From contig JBBRLJ010000033.1 of assembly GCA_038231435.1 (NCBI GenBank), forward strand, positions 1 through 57,039: 57,039 nt of DNA, read 5' to 3'. A program made the position numbers and the translations under genes. Source of the stretch: Planctomycetota bacterium (GTDB taxonomy: Bacteria; Planctomycetota; UBA11346). Below are positions 28,901-37,676 of the stretch, one piece after another; within the stretch, counting starts at the first letter, position 1, and every line of letters begins with the position of its first letter. A model generated the notes under the pieces. That model was not told the origin of the DNA. It saw nothing but the letters and a program-made list of their open reading frames with translations, and searched no databases.

Positions 28901-29271
28901 AATGAGGCGGTGATCCTCGCTTCCTCGACGAAGCCGCCGACATCCTCGGCGCTACCCACCAACTCGGGATTCAGCACTTTCACGGCCACCAGGCGTTCGA
29001 GGTTGCGGTCGAGCACCGAATACACCTGGCCGGTCGCGCCCATGCCGAGGAGCTCCTCGACGCGAAAGCGCTCGCCTCCGGCGGCCGCCTGACCCAGGCC
29101 ATCTGGAACCCGGCGCCTAGTCCTGCTGGTGTTCAACCGCGGAGATCCAGGCGGCTCGTCCGGCCCTCGCGGGCCCGACCGATCCTGGCCGAATTCCTCG
29201 GCGGACTGGGTGCGGGCCCGCGCCGCGAGCGCGGCACCGTCCGCGCCGGAGGTCCCCGGGTCGGCCGTCAT
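25936..29271 (-). CDS. Membrane Ser/Thr kinase with extracytoplasmic beta-sandwich and TPR-like repeats
   Basis: 'LGMGATGQVY', 'VAVK', 'HQDIKPDN', 'DWG', 'GTPLYMSPEQ', TM helix; ATG overlaps the paralog's stop. Confidence 0.9.
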   Translation of the reverse strand: MTADPGTSGADGAALAARARTQSAEEFGQDRSGPRGPDEPPGSPRLNTSRTRRRVPDGLGQAAAGGERFRVEELLGMGATGQVYSVLDRNLERLVAVKVLNPELVGSAEDVGGFVEEARITASLQHPNVLPVYEMDVTDEGQPYFSMSRIAGVSLGAAIAASTPERRHAKLPSFNAIVSIMIDVCNAVSYAHHQGIVHQDIKPDNIMLGDFGEVLVLDWGSAVRVDAQGKITARIYGTPLYMSPEQARNEFADRSSDVYGIGATLFHALTLRLPTWSDDPDKFWEMKRGARIRLPDEQERRALPAELLEISIKALAPSPAGRYASVDALRRDLEHYQAGLAVSVHRDSPWRRFRRWHRRNGKVFWSAAASIIALAGAGAYVWQEKGKERSGWQEVAREDFESASLGELSNRWTGRVKSASKLDAQFESIEITDRGLFRVGGGTFTMLSNGTLLDVAWRHRLRGNIRVAWDYRCVGRNRDLNCFIGGDDRDGGFTFHIGGFGEAGSCALTKGDFRNLVNLVFVSGREPLAPDRWYRFAMERQDRHVRLSVDGETVIDYIDAENFGGGIGQSFGFDTYGTNQLDIDNVVVSHQPLAQKISPMEVGDRLYQLKDYAEAAVQYREILEAYPDTDLAPIALFRLAVSDLKAGLADDGMALLERFALEHPRHELAPFAMYERLEHALKVSDATLAAKLRAQLKAFSGHPILRQVLMEMGAERLPALEPRIIRELGDSLYADDIVEIIRRNQDELQGWADAYGSTLDKNPFMLKSYPVLERMGAYQRILDTCPGHESVFLAHALFHQGRFQEVVARFPLDLHIVAQAMREMGKSREIAYDARFSTEDRLYALDNIGDYAAIRAEDPRHWLLDDDALRAGHFQEFLDAHPVETNRADFGSTQRSWALLGLRRYDQVLAEYSHGSPRARALIGLGRFEDALRAAPFDSGCCATIALAYFRKGDPDGCSRVLARFARAQPDMEDGNQMFARWLMPALLERIGGARVDARVAYAHIIASLKHVYGQRLWHLAAFIAGDIDEPAFMAQPAQLRVRAQLLFGRGLHHEFAGEAAAAADCYREYLALPSFDRRPSEVEAIFMRTRIDSAEHPAGWIPSDPPVLVP

Positions 29272-32200
29272 CGAGCCGCCTGGACGGCGAGCGCTTGGAG
29301 CCGCCAGGCACGGAACATCTCCTCGCAATCGCTGCACGACCGCTTCCATGGGGGGAGCGCCGAATAGGCGGTGTAGCATTCCAGCGCCTGCGCGCGGTCG
29401 CCATGGAGCTCGGCGCGCAGGGCCCTGGCCAGCAGCAGCCTGGTGTCGAGGCTGGTGCGGTTCGGCTGTTCCCTGAAGCGCTGTTCGTCGATGTCGCCCG
29501 CGATGTAGGCGGCGGTATGCCACAGGCGCTGGCAGAAGGTCTCCTTCATGTCCCGCAGCACGCGCGCATACGCCTGCCTCGGATCCACGGCTTCGCCGGA
29601 AATGGCGCGCAGGACCGGAGCCATCAGGTAGCCCGAGAATTCGACATCGTCATCGTCGAGATTGGGCTGCAGGCGATCCAGGACCGCCTGGATTTCTCGC
29701 CAGCGCTGCGCATTGCCGTCGATGAAGATCCCCAGCCCGGCCATCGGGCACGCGACCGTGTCCGCGGGATTCGCCACGATCGCTTCCTCGTAACGCTTCA
29801 AGGCCACCAACGCGCGAGCGTGAGCGGCGGGATGGTGGTAGTCCCGCAGTACCTCGTCGGCGCGGCCGAGTGCGATCAGGGCCTCTGCCCGCTGCGTGTA
29901 GCCGAATTCGAACTCGTTCGACGGACTCTGCACGACGGCGAGGACCTCGGACCCACGCCCAGCGCGGGACTTCATCCGGTTCAACGCCCACGCGGATGGC
30001 TGCTCGGCTTCGAGCCGGGCGATGTCGCCGCTGAGGAACAGGGTCCACTCGAGATCGCCGGTGGGCAGTCCCGGCAACGCCAAGGCCTCGTCGAATCGTC
30101 CGAGGTTGTTCAGCGCCTGGGCGCGGTGGCCGGAATCCTTCGGGAAACGCCTGATCACCTCCTCGAAACGTCCCATGCGCATCAGCGCACGCGCGACGAT
30201 GCTCTCCTGTTCCGCGCAATGCGCGAAGATGAAGGCGTAATCGCCGTAGCGCTCCAGCACTTCCGGGGCGGAGCTGGTGAACGGATTCTTGTCGAGCGAA
30301 GTCCCATAATCCTTCGCCCACCGCTCAAGCACGGCGTACTCCTCCTCGATGCGCCGCACGATGTCCTCGGGATATGGGAGATCCCCGAACACCACGGCGG
30401 GCGTGGCGCGCAGCATCGGCAGCTGCTCCTGCCCGATCTCGATCAGCACCTGGCGCAGGATGGGATGACCCTTGAATGCGATGAGCCCTGAACGGATGCG
30501 CGCCACCGCCTCCTCGGACTTCCCGGCCCGGGCGAGCGCTAGGCGTTCGTACATGGAGAACGGCACCAGCTCGTGGCCCTGGTACTCCTTCTCGAAATCC
30601 GCCAGCTTGCGCTCGGCATCCTCGCGGTGATTCCGGCGCGAAGCGCAGATGCCGAGCTTGAACAGCGCCTGCGGTCTGAGGCTGGTACCGGGATACGACG
30701 CGGCGATCTCGGCGTATTGCCGCTCTGCCTCCTCATACTGCTGGAGCTGGAAGAAGCGGTCGCCGACCTGGATCGGCGAGATGCGCTGCGCCAGGGACTG
30801 GTGGTAGACCTTGACGTTGTCGATCACCAGTCGCGAGTCCGAATAGGAGTCGAAGCCGAAGCTCTGCTCGATGGCACTGCCGAAGTCCTCGGCGTCGATG
30901 TAGTCGACGACGCGATGGCCGTCGATGAACAGGCGCACGTGGCGATCCTCGTGCTCCATCGCGAAGCGGTACACCCTGCCGACTGCGAGCGGACTCGGAC
31001 AGATGTCGTGGACCAGATGGATGTAGTTGTTCCCCTTGGTCAGCACCACGCTGGAGGGATCGCCGAAGCCTCCGACATGGAAGGTGAAGCCGTCCTCGCG
31101 GTTCCTGCCGGCCATGAAACAGTTGAAATTGCGGTTGTTCAGCTCTGACGAGTAGTCCCATTCGACGCGGATGTTGCCGCGTAGGCCCGGCACATACGCG
31201 ACGTCGACGATGGGTTTGCGGTTGCCGAGCTTCGGCACTGGCTTGTCGGTGGCGACGTGGAGCGCGCCATCGTGGACGGTGAAGAAATCGCCGTCGGTGA
31301 GCGGCGCATCGAAGAAGGTCATATTGGAGTTGTCGGTCCGGTAGCGACCGACCCAGTGTTCGGCCAGCGCTTCCGCCGGCCTGGAGAAGTCCTCGATGCA
31401 GACCGGACGCCAGACCGTGAGTTCCTTGATTTTGTCGATGGCGACTACCCCCGCGGCCGCGGCAACCAGCGACGCGGCCGCCGCGGAGATCCAGAACACC
31501 TTGGCGTTGCGTCTGTGCCAGCGCCTGAAGCGGCGCCACAGGGAATCGCGATGCACGCTGACCGCGAGACCGGCCTGGAAGCGCTCGAGGTCGCGCAGCA
31601 TGGCCTCGAGAGCGGGATAGCGGTCGCCGGACACCGGAGCCATCGCCTTGAGCGCGATCTCGAGCAGCTCAGCCGGCATCGCCGCCCGCTCGGCCTCGTC
31701 GGGCGGCGCGATATCGCCTCGCCGCTTCATGTTCCAGAACGCCTCCGAATCATCCGACCAGATCGGCAGCCTCAGGGTCAAGGCGTGGAAGAGGGTGGCG
31801 CCGATGCAGTAGATGTCGCTGGTCGCGTCCGAATGCTCCCGCCGCGCCTGCTCGGGACTCATGTACAGCGGCGTGCCGTAGATCCGGGTCCGCACCTTGC
31901 CATCGGCATCCATGCGCACCGCGCTCCCCCAGTCGAGCACCAGCACCTCGCCGAAATCGCCGAGCATGATGTTGTCGGGCTTGATGTCCTGGTGCACCAA
32001 TTTCTGGTGATGCGCATACGAGATGGCGTGGCAGACCGCGAGGATGGTACTGACCACCGAGTTGGCGGTGGCGATCTTGGCGTGCCTGGCGCCGGGTGAG
32101 GACTGGGCGATGACCGAGCCGAGCGAGCAGCCTTCGATGCGGCTCATGCTGAAGTACGGCTGGCCCTCCTCGGTGACGTCGATCTCGTGCACGGGCAGCA

Positions 32201-32612
32201 CGTTCGGATGCTGGAGCGAGGCGGTGATGCGCGCCTCGTCCACGAACCCGGTGACCTGGTCGTGATCGTCGATCAATTCGCGGTTGAGCACCTTGATGGC
32301 GACCTGCCGACGCAAGTTGCGATCGAGGACGGAATAGACCTCGCCGGTCGCTCCGACGCCCAGCAGGCTCTCGACCTGGAAACGCGCGTCGCCATCCGCC
32401 GAGGACGTGCCGCCACGGCGCAGGCGGCGCGTCACGTTGATGCCGTTGAGCCTCGGCCAGTCCGCGCCGGCGGGCGGTGTGGCCAGCGGTTCCACGCCGG
32501 CGGCGCTGAACTGCTCCGCCGACACCGTTCGTCCGTATGGACCGGTCGCGCGAGTATCGCTATCGCCCGGGCCGGCCCGTGGGGACGAGGTCCCTGCCTC
32601 AGGCTGGTCCAT
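29268..32612 (-). CDS. Membrane Ser/Thr kinase, tandem paralog
   Basis: Same motifs and architecture as 25936-29271; start chosen at MDQPEAG (uncertain). Confidence 0.9.
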   Translation of the reverse strand: MDQPEAGTSSPRAGPGDSDTRATGPYGRTVSAEQFSAAGVEPLATPPAGADWPRLNGINVTRRLRRGGTSSADGDARFQVESLLGVGATGEVYSVLDRNLRRQVAIKVLNRELIDDHDQVTGFVDEARITASLQHPNVLPVHEIDVTEEGQPYFSMSRIEGCSLGSVIAQSSPGARHAKIATANSVVSTILAVCHAISYAHHQKLVHQDIKPDNIMLGDFGEVLVLDWGSAVRMDADGKVRTRIYGTPLYMSPEQARREHSDATSDIYCIGATLFHALTLRLPIWSDDSEAFWNMKRRGDIAPPDEAERAAMPAELLEIALKAMAPVSGDRYPALEAMLRDLERFQAGLAVSVHRDSLWRRFRRWHRRNAKVFWISAAAASLVAAAAGVVAIDKIKELTVWRPVCIEDFSRPAEALAEHWVGRYRTDNSNMTFFDAPLTDGDFFTVHDGALHVATDKPVPKLGNRKPIVDVAYVPGLRGNIRVEWDYSSELNNRNFNCFMAGRNREDGFTFHVGGFGDPSSVVLTKGNNYIHLVHDICPSPLAVGRVYRFAMEHEDRHVRLFIDGHRVVDYIDAEDFGSAIEQSFGFDSYSDSRLVIDNVKVYHQSLAQRISPIQVGDRFFQLQQYEEAERQYAEIAASYPGTSLRPQALFKLGICASRRNHREDAERKLADFEKEYQGHELVPFSMYERLALARAGKSEEAVARIRSGLIAFKGHPILRQVLIEIGQEQLPMLRATPAVVFGDLPYPEDIVRRIEEEYAVLERWAKDYGTSLDKNPFTSSAPEVLERYGDYAFIFAHCAEQESIVARALMRMGRFEEVIRRFPKDSGHRAQALNNLGRFDEALALPGLPTGDLEWTLFLSGDIARLEAEQPSAWALNRMKSRAGRGSEVLAVVQSPSNEFEFGYTQRAEALIALGRADEVLRDYHHPAAHARALVALKRYEEAIVANPADTVACPMAGLGIFIDGNAQRWREIQAVLDRLQPNLDDDDVEFSGYLMAPVLRAISGEAVDPRQAYARVLRDMKETFCQRLWHTAAYIAGDIDEQRFREQPNRTSLDTRLLLARALRAELHGDRAQALECYTAYSALPPWKRSCSDCEEMFRAWRLQALAVQAAR

Positions 32613-32718
32613 CCACGAGGATACCACGGGATCGGGCCCATGCGCAACGCTGTGGCCGATGAGCCCCATAGGTCGATCGATCGGTCGGTCGAGGGCTGAT
32701 GGGCTGATGGGCTGATGA

Positions 32719-33615
32719 TCAGCTTGGCGGGACCAGCACCTGGACGGTCCCGCCATGGATCACTCGGTAGTGGCCTGGCCCAGCGATGAGCGGCTCGCCA
32801 TCGATCTGCATCGCCACCGCGTGGAGGATGTGCATGTCGACGCGGCGATGCGCGCCGAGCCGGTGGGCACGGCGGATCCCGCCCATCGCCAGGCCCATCG
32901 CCAGGCCGGCAGGCAGCGCGAAGGCGTCGAGCGATCCGTCGTCGGGTAGGATGCCCGACCCGAGCCGGGTCCCGCCTGCGTAGCTGGCGATGTTCGCCAG
33001 CACCACCGCCCCCGACCAGGCCGGCACCGCGATCGGGCCGGCGGCATGCAGTCGCACCGCGCCCGCGACTGGGCCGCCCCGCTCACCTAGCGAGACCATC
33101 CCGTAGAGCACCTTGTTCACCGTCGGCGAGCGGAACATGGCGGGATGATGCCGCCGCAGCGCGTGGAAACGGTGCGCTACGCGTGCATCGTAGCCGACGC
33201 TGAGGTAGTTGAACCAGGCGCGTTCGGGATGCCGAGCCCCCTCGGGAGCGCGCAGTACCCACCGGTCGATGCGGCGCGGGACTCCCGCGCGCAATGCCGA
33301 GAACACCAAGCCGCCACTGGATCGGCAGCCCATGCTGCGTGCGAGATCGTTGCCGGTGCCCAGAGGAACGATGCCGATGGGCACCGATCCACCAGCGCGC
33401 CACGAGGCCTCGAGCACGCAGGCAGCCGTGCCATCGCCGCCACAGGCGACCACTGCCCCGTCCTCGTCCCGGCTGCGTCGGATCGCCCGATCGATGTCGA
33501 CCCCCGCCAGGGGCAGCACCCGATCCTCTGGAAACAGCGTGCGCAAATGCTTCATCAACCACCTGCCGCGCCTGCCGCCGCTCTCGGCGTTGACGATGAA
33601 GATCAGTTCGCGCAC
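32719..33615 (-). CDS. Diacylglycerol kinase family protein (eukaryote-type catalytic plus accessory domains)
   Basis: 'FIVNAESGG', 'CGGDGT', 'PLGTGNDLAR', 'NYLSVGYDA', 'NIASYAGG', 'DDG', 'MQIDGEP'; GTG start inferred. Confidence 0.88.
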   Translation of the reverse strand: MRELIFIVNAESGGRRGRWLMKHLRTLFPEDRVLPLAGVDIDRAIRRSRDEDGAVVACGGDGTAACVLEASWRAGGSVPIGIVPLGTGNDLARSMGCRSSGGLVFSALRAGVPRRIDRWVLRAPEGARHPERAWFNYLSVGYDARVAHRFHALRRHHPAMFRSPTVNKVLYGMVSLGERGGPVAGAVRLHAAGPIAVPAWSGAVVLANIASYAGGTRLGSGILPDDGSLDAFALPAGLAMGLAMGGIRRAHRLGAHRRVDMHILHAVAMQIDGEPLIAGPGHYRVIHGGTVQVLVPPS

Positions 33616-34015
33616 GCGACGGAGGATGCTCCGGAGATGGCAATGGGAAGATGTGTTGCACCGGCTGGCACGCGCGCGGTTCGGCGGTCGACCAGCGGGA
33701 CAGCGGGACACCTCACTGACAGATCCGACGAGTCCGACGAGTCGGCGCCGGCGCCATCGCTTTGATTCATCGGTTGCATTCACTTGGACGAGACGGTCGG
33801 AAATAGGCACGCATGCGCTCCGCATCCGAGCCCGAACTGACAAGTCGCCTTGACTGCTCGCCATCCCGTCACTATGTAGAGAGCAGGTGTAAGCCGAATC
33901 CTAGGCGCTATTTGCTCGGGCACCTCCTGCCTGGGAGCGCTATGGAAAGCTCGGCATCGGCCGACCATGGCCGGCGTGCCGGATCGGTGCGCATCGCCAC
34001 CAGGAGACCACGCGG

Positions 34016-34876
34016 GTGGAATCAGAACTCGAACGCCTGCGCAAGAAGGTGGAGAATTTCCCCTCCGCCTCCCTCTACAACCGGCTTGCCGAGCTTGCCC
34101 GCAATGCGGGTGGCAACGACGAGGCCGAGCAGGTGTGCCGCCGCTGCATGAAGGAGTTCCCTCGCAACGGCCAGGCCTACGTCATCCTGGCCGAGATCGA
34201 GTCGTCTCGCGGCAAGCGCGACGACGCCCTGAAGCTGCTGCAGACCGGCATCGAGCGCGACCCGCGCAGCGTCAACGGCTACATGCTGCTCGCGGACATG
34301 ATGGTCTTCGACAAGGACGTGCCGAAGGCGATCGCGAACCTGAGGCAGGTGCTCGCGATCAAGCCGAACGATGCCGCCGCCACCGCCAAGATCGCCGAAC
34401 TCGAGAAGGCCCACGGCATCGCCCCCTCGCCAGCCGCGGCCGCTGGCGCCGCTGGCAAGAGCTCGCTCGGGAATGAACCCCTGATGCCGTTCCAGGGTCC
34501 CATGACCACCGCGATCAAGGCCTCCACGGGCTCGCGCACCGCGACACTCGATGCGCTGTGCGCAGAGCCCGGAGTGCGCGGGGCCCTGGTGGTGGACATG
34601 CACGGCCGCGTGGTCGTGACCAAGAATCTCGCCGCCGGCCAGGACGAGCTGCTCGCCGCGCTGTCGGCGGACGTCGCCCGATCGGCCCAAGCGGCGCTGA
34701 CCGTGGTCGGCATCGAGAAGCTCTCGACCTGGGCGCTGACCGGCGGAGCCGGACAGGTGCTCACCTTCCAGCGCGATCGCGCATTCAGCGTGGTGGTGCT
34801 CGCCGATGTCACGGTCCGTCCGGCCATGCTCGAGCTGCGCGCCCGCCAGACCCTCATCGACCTCGGGGCCGCCTGA
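34016..34876 (+). CDS. TPR-repeat plus Roadblock/LC7 domain protein
   Basis: N-terminal TPR-like helical repeats; C-terminal 'PGVRGALVVDMHGRVV' roadblock; RBS AGGAG. Confidence 0.82.
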   Translation: MESELERLRKKVENFPSASLYNRLAELARNAGGNDEAEQVCRRCMKEFPRNGQAYVILAEIESSRGKRDDALKLLQTGIERDPRSVNGYMLLADMMVFDKDVPKAIANLRQVLAIKPNDAAATAKIAELEKAHGIAPSPAAAAGAAGKSSLGNEPLMPFQGPMTTAIKASTGSRTATLDALCAEPGVRGALVVDMHGRVVVTKNLAAGQDELLAALSADVARSAQAALTVVGIEKLSTWALTGGAGQVLTFQRDRAFSVVVLADVTVRPAMLELRARQTLIDLGAA

Positions 34877-35229
34877 TGAACGACCTCCTGCAACAGCTCA
34901 ATCGCGTGCGCGGCGTGGGCGGCACCATGCTGGTCTCCGGAGAGGGCCTGGTCATGGCATCCGCCCTGCGCCAGGGCACCGACGAGAACCAGCTCGCGGC
35001 CTCGATCGGCAACCTGCTCGAGGGCACCAACAAGATCTGCTCCAACTACCAGCTCGGCAAGCTCGCCGCGTTCAACGCCGCCTCGGAGCTGGGCGGCATC
35101 GTCGTGCTCTCCACCGGCCCGGCGTTCCTCGCGATCGTCATCGATCCGTCGGCGAATCTCGCCCTGCTCCAGCTGGAGACCAAGCCTTTCGTCGAACGCA
35201 TCACTCAGCGCCTGACGTTGGCGACCTGA
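34876..35229 (+). CDS. Roadblock/LC7 domain protein (MglB/MglC-like)
   Basis: 'LQQLNRVRGVGGTMLVSGEGLVMAS', 'ANLALLQLE'; 117 aa; start overlaps the upstream stop. Confidence 0.88.
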   Translation: MNDLLQQLNRVRGVGGTMLVSGEGLVMASALRQGTDENQLAASIGNLLEGTNKICSNYQLGKLAAFNAASELGGIVVLSTGPAFLAIVIDPSANLALLQLETKPFVERITQRLTLAT

Positions 35230-35269
35230 CGCACGCCGGACCGCCGACCCCCCACGCATCGGACAACCC

Positions 35270-36853
35270 ATGGTTCAGATCAATTTCGGCCAACGCGAAG
35301 TGAGTTGCAAAGTCGTCTTCTACGGACCAGGCATGTCCGGGAAGACGACCAATCTCGAGATCATCCATAAGAAGGCGCCGAAAGACGCCGTCGGCGAAAT
35401 GGTGTCGATCGCCACCGAGACCGACCGCACGCTGTACTTCGACTTCCTTCCGCTCGATCTCGGGCAGGTCGCCGGCATGCGCACCAAGTTCCAGCTCTAC
35501 ACCGTGCCTGGGCAGATCTATTACAACGCCACCCGCAAACTGGTGCTCCAAGGTGTGGACGGAGTGATCTTCGTCGCCGACTCGTCTCCCGAGAAGATGC
35601 CGGAGAACCTCGAATCGCTGCAGAATCTGCGCGACAATCTCGCCGAGATGGGTCTCACCCTCGACGACGTGCCGGTGGTCCTCCAATACAACAAGCGCGA
35701 TCTGCCGACGGCGATGTCGATCCCCGACATGAACGCGCAGATGAACCCTATGAACGCTCCGGTGTTCGAGGGCGTCGCGCGCGAGGGCAAGGGCGTGTTC
35801 GCCACCCTCAAGGAGATCAGCCGCCTGGTGATCGAGAAGCTCAACAAGGAGCATGCGCCGGCGTCCACCCGCCGGCGCACAGCCACCAATCTCGAAGGCA
35901 AGAGTCCCTCGCAGGGCGTGCCGGTACAGAGCCCGAGCGGCGCCAACAAGCTGCCGCCGATGCAGGCGGGCGTGCCCACCGGCGTCGCGCAGCGCCCGCA
36001 GGTACCCCAGCAACTCCCGCAAGGCACCTCGACCACTCCGCTCGGTCAGCAGCGCCTTCCCCAACGCCCGGCCGCCCCAGCCACGCAGATCCAAGGGCGC
36101 CCTGGTTCTGAACGCGGCGTTCCCGTGGTGCCTCCGCGCTCGCAAGGCGTGCCGCCACGCCCGAACTACACGCCGACTCCGGCGGGAGGCAACGCGGTGG
36201 TGCCCCCACCCGAGGACCTCAGCCCCAAGGACAAGCATCTCGCCAAGGCCAAGCCGCCGGCTATCGACAAGCGTGCCGCCGGTGCCAATCCGGATCTCGG
36301 TTCGACCGATCCCAATCTGCGCCGTTACCAAGAGAACAAGTCGGGCGGCGGAGCCGTCCGCGCCATGTTGCTGGTCCTGATCTTCCTGGTCATCGCCATC
36401 ATCATCCTCTTCATCCTGTGCATGTTCGTCCCGGCGGTACGCGCCCAGCTGCCGCCGAACATGCAGCGCATGTTCATGGGCGAATCGCAGGCCCATTCCG
36501 CTGCCCTGCCCATGGCGAGCTCGGCCGAGCCGGTGGCCAGCGCGCCAACGACCCCAGCAGCGCCGGTGGCGCATACCCCTGCGCCCGTCCTCCCCGACGC
36601 GCCGGCGGTGGCGGCTCCGGCCGCCACCGCTCCCATCGCCGCGGCTCCGACCGCGGCAGCTCCGGTAGCCGCCACCCCGCCGACTCCGGCTCCCGCCGCC
36701 GCGCCTACGCCGTCACCTGCTCCCCCGGTCGCTGCCGCCCCCGCCGCCACCCCGGCTCAGGAAGCACCAGCACCGACTCCGGCACCCGTGAACACGCCGG
36801 TCGCCGAGCCTCCAGCGGCTCCTCCAGCCACGACCCCGGCGGGGAGCCCGTAA
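35270..36853 (+). CDS. mglA: MglA-family small GTPase with Pro/Gln-rich linker, TM helix and Pro/Ala-rich tail
   Basis: 'KVVFYGPGMSGKTTNL', 'DRTLYFDFLP', 'LYTVPGQIYY', 'YNKRDL'; hydrophobic stretch 'MLLVLIFLVIAIIILFILCMFV'. Confidence 0.92.
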   Translation: MVQINFGQREVSCKVVFYGPGMSGKTTNLEIIHKKAPKDAVGEMVSIATETDRTLYFDFLPLDLGQVAGMRTKFQLYTVPGQIYYNATRKLVLQGVDGVIFVADSSPEKMPENLESLQNLRDNLAEMGLTLDDVPVVLQYNKRDLPTAMSIPDMNAQMNPMNAPVFEGVAREGKGVFATLKEISRLVIEKLNKEHAPASTRRRTATNLEGKSPSQGVPVQSPSGANKLPPMQAGVPTGVAQRPQVPQQLPQGTSTTPLGQQRLPQRPAAPATQIQGRPGSERGVPVVPPRSQGVPPRPNYTPTPAGGNAVVPPPEDLSPKDKHLAKAKPPAIDKRAAGANPDLGSTDPNLRRYQENKSGGGAVRAMLLVLIFLVIAIIILFILCMFVPAVRAQLPPNMQRMFMGESQAHSAALPMASSAEPVASAPTTPAAPVAHTPAPVLPDAPAVAAPAATAPIAAAPTAAAPVAATPPTPAPAAAPTPSPAPPVAAAPAATPAQEAPAPTPAPVNTPVAEPPAAPPATTPAGSP

Positions 36854-37368
36854 TGGTCAGCGAAAACGAGGCCCTGAAGTTGCGGCGACTGGTCTTTTAC
36901 GCCGCCGACATCGACAAGATCAATGGCGTCCTGCTCGCTTTCGTGAAGAAGGCCAACGCGCAATCCGCCCTGCTCATCGACCAGGAAGGCCACATGGTGG
37001 CCCGTCAGGGATTCCACCAGAGCCACGATTCCAGCGCTCTCGCCGCGCTCGTCGCGGGTAGTTTCGCCTCGACGCGCGAGGTCGCCAGGCTGCTCGGAGA
37101 GAAGGAGTTCCGCGTCCTGTTCCATCAAGGCACGGGCCAGAGCATCCACATCACCCTGCTCGGCGAGCGCACTCTCCAGGTCTGCGTGTTCTCGAGCCAG
37201 GTGAAGCCGGGAATGATCCAAGTGCTGTGCAAGGAGCTCTCGACCCAGCTCGAAGGAGTCCTCGTCGAAGCGTCGAAGCGCGCCCCGAGCGATCAGCAGC
37301 AGACCCTGGGCGCCGGATTCTCGGAAGCGATGAAGGACCAGCTCGACTCGCTGTTCGGCAATCTCTAA
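36853..37368 (+). CDS. mglB: MglB-like Roadblock protein (GAP of MglA)
   Basis: 'ALLIDQEG', 'ALAALVAGSFAST..VARLLGEKEF..LFHQG', C-terminal helix 'DQLDSLF', as in myxobacterial MglB. Confidence 0.88.
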   Translation: MVSENEALKLRRLVFYAADIDKINGVLLAFVKKANAQSALLIDQEGHMVARQGFHQSHDSSALAALVAGSFASTREVARLLGEKEFRVLFHQGTGQSIHITLLGERTLQVCVFSSQVKPGMIQVLCKELSTQLEGVLVEASKRAPSDQQQTLGAGFSEAMKDQLDSLFGNL

Positions 37369-37676
37369 ATCAGCGTCCGTCATCCGTCGTCGTCAGCCGG
37401 AGGCGGAGGGAACGTGAGCGAGGATCGATTCCGGACGTTTTCTCATCGCGGTGCCAGGGTCCGCCACTCGGCGTGAACGCGCCCGTCCACATCTGGAATG
37501 AGCGGAACGGCCGCGCTCGCGACCGACGTGCGAAACGACCGCGGTGGATCACCCGCCCGATGGCCCTCGCGGGGTTGGAAAGCGCTTACCCTACTGGGTT
37601 TCCCGCCTAGTCTGGTGTATCCTTCCAAGCACGCCGCTCGCGCTTTTCCCGCTCACACCGACACTCGGATACACCG

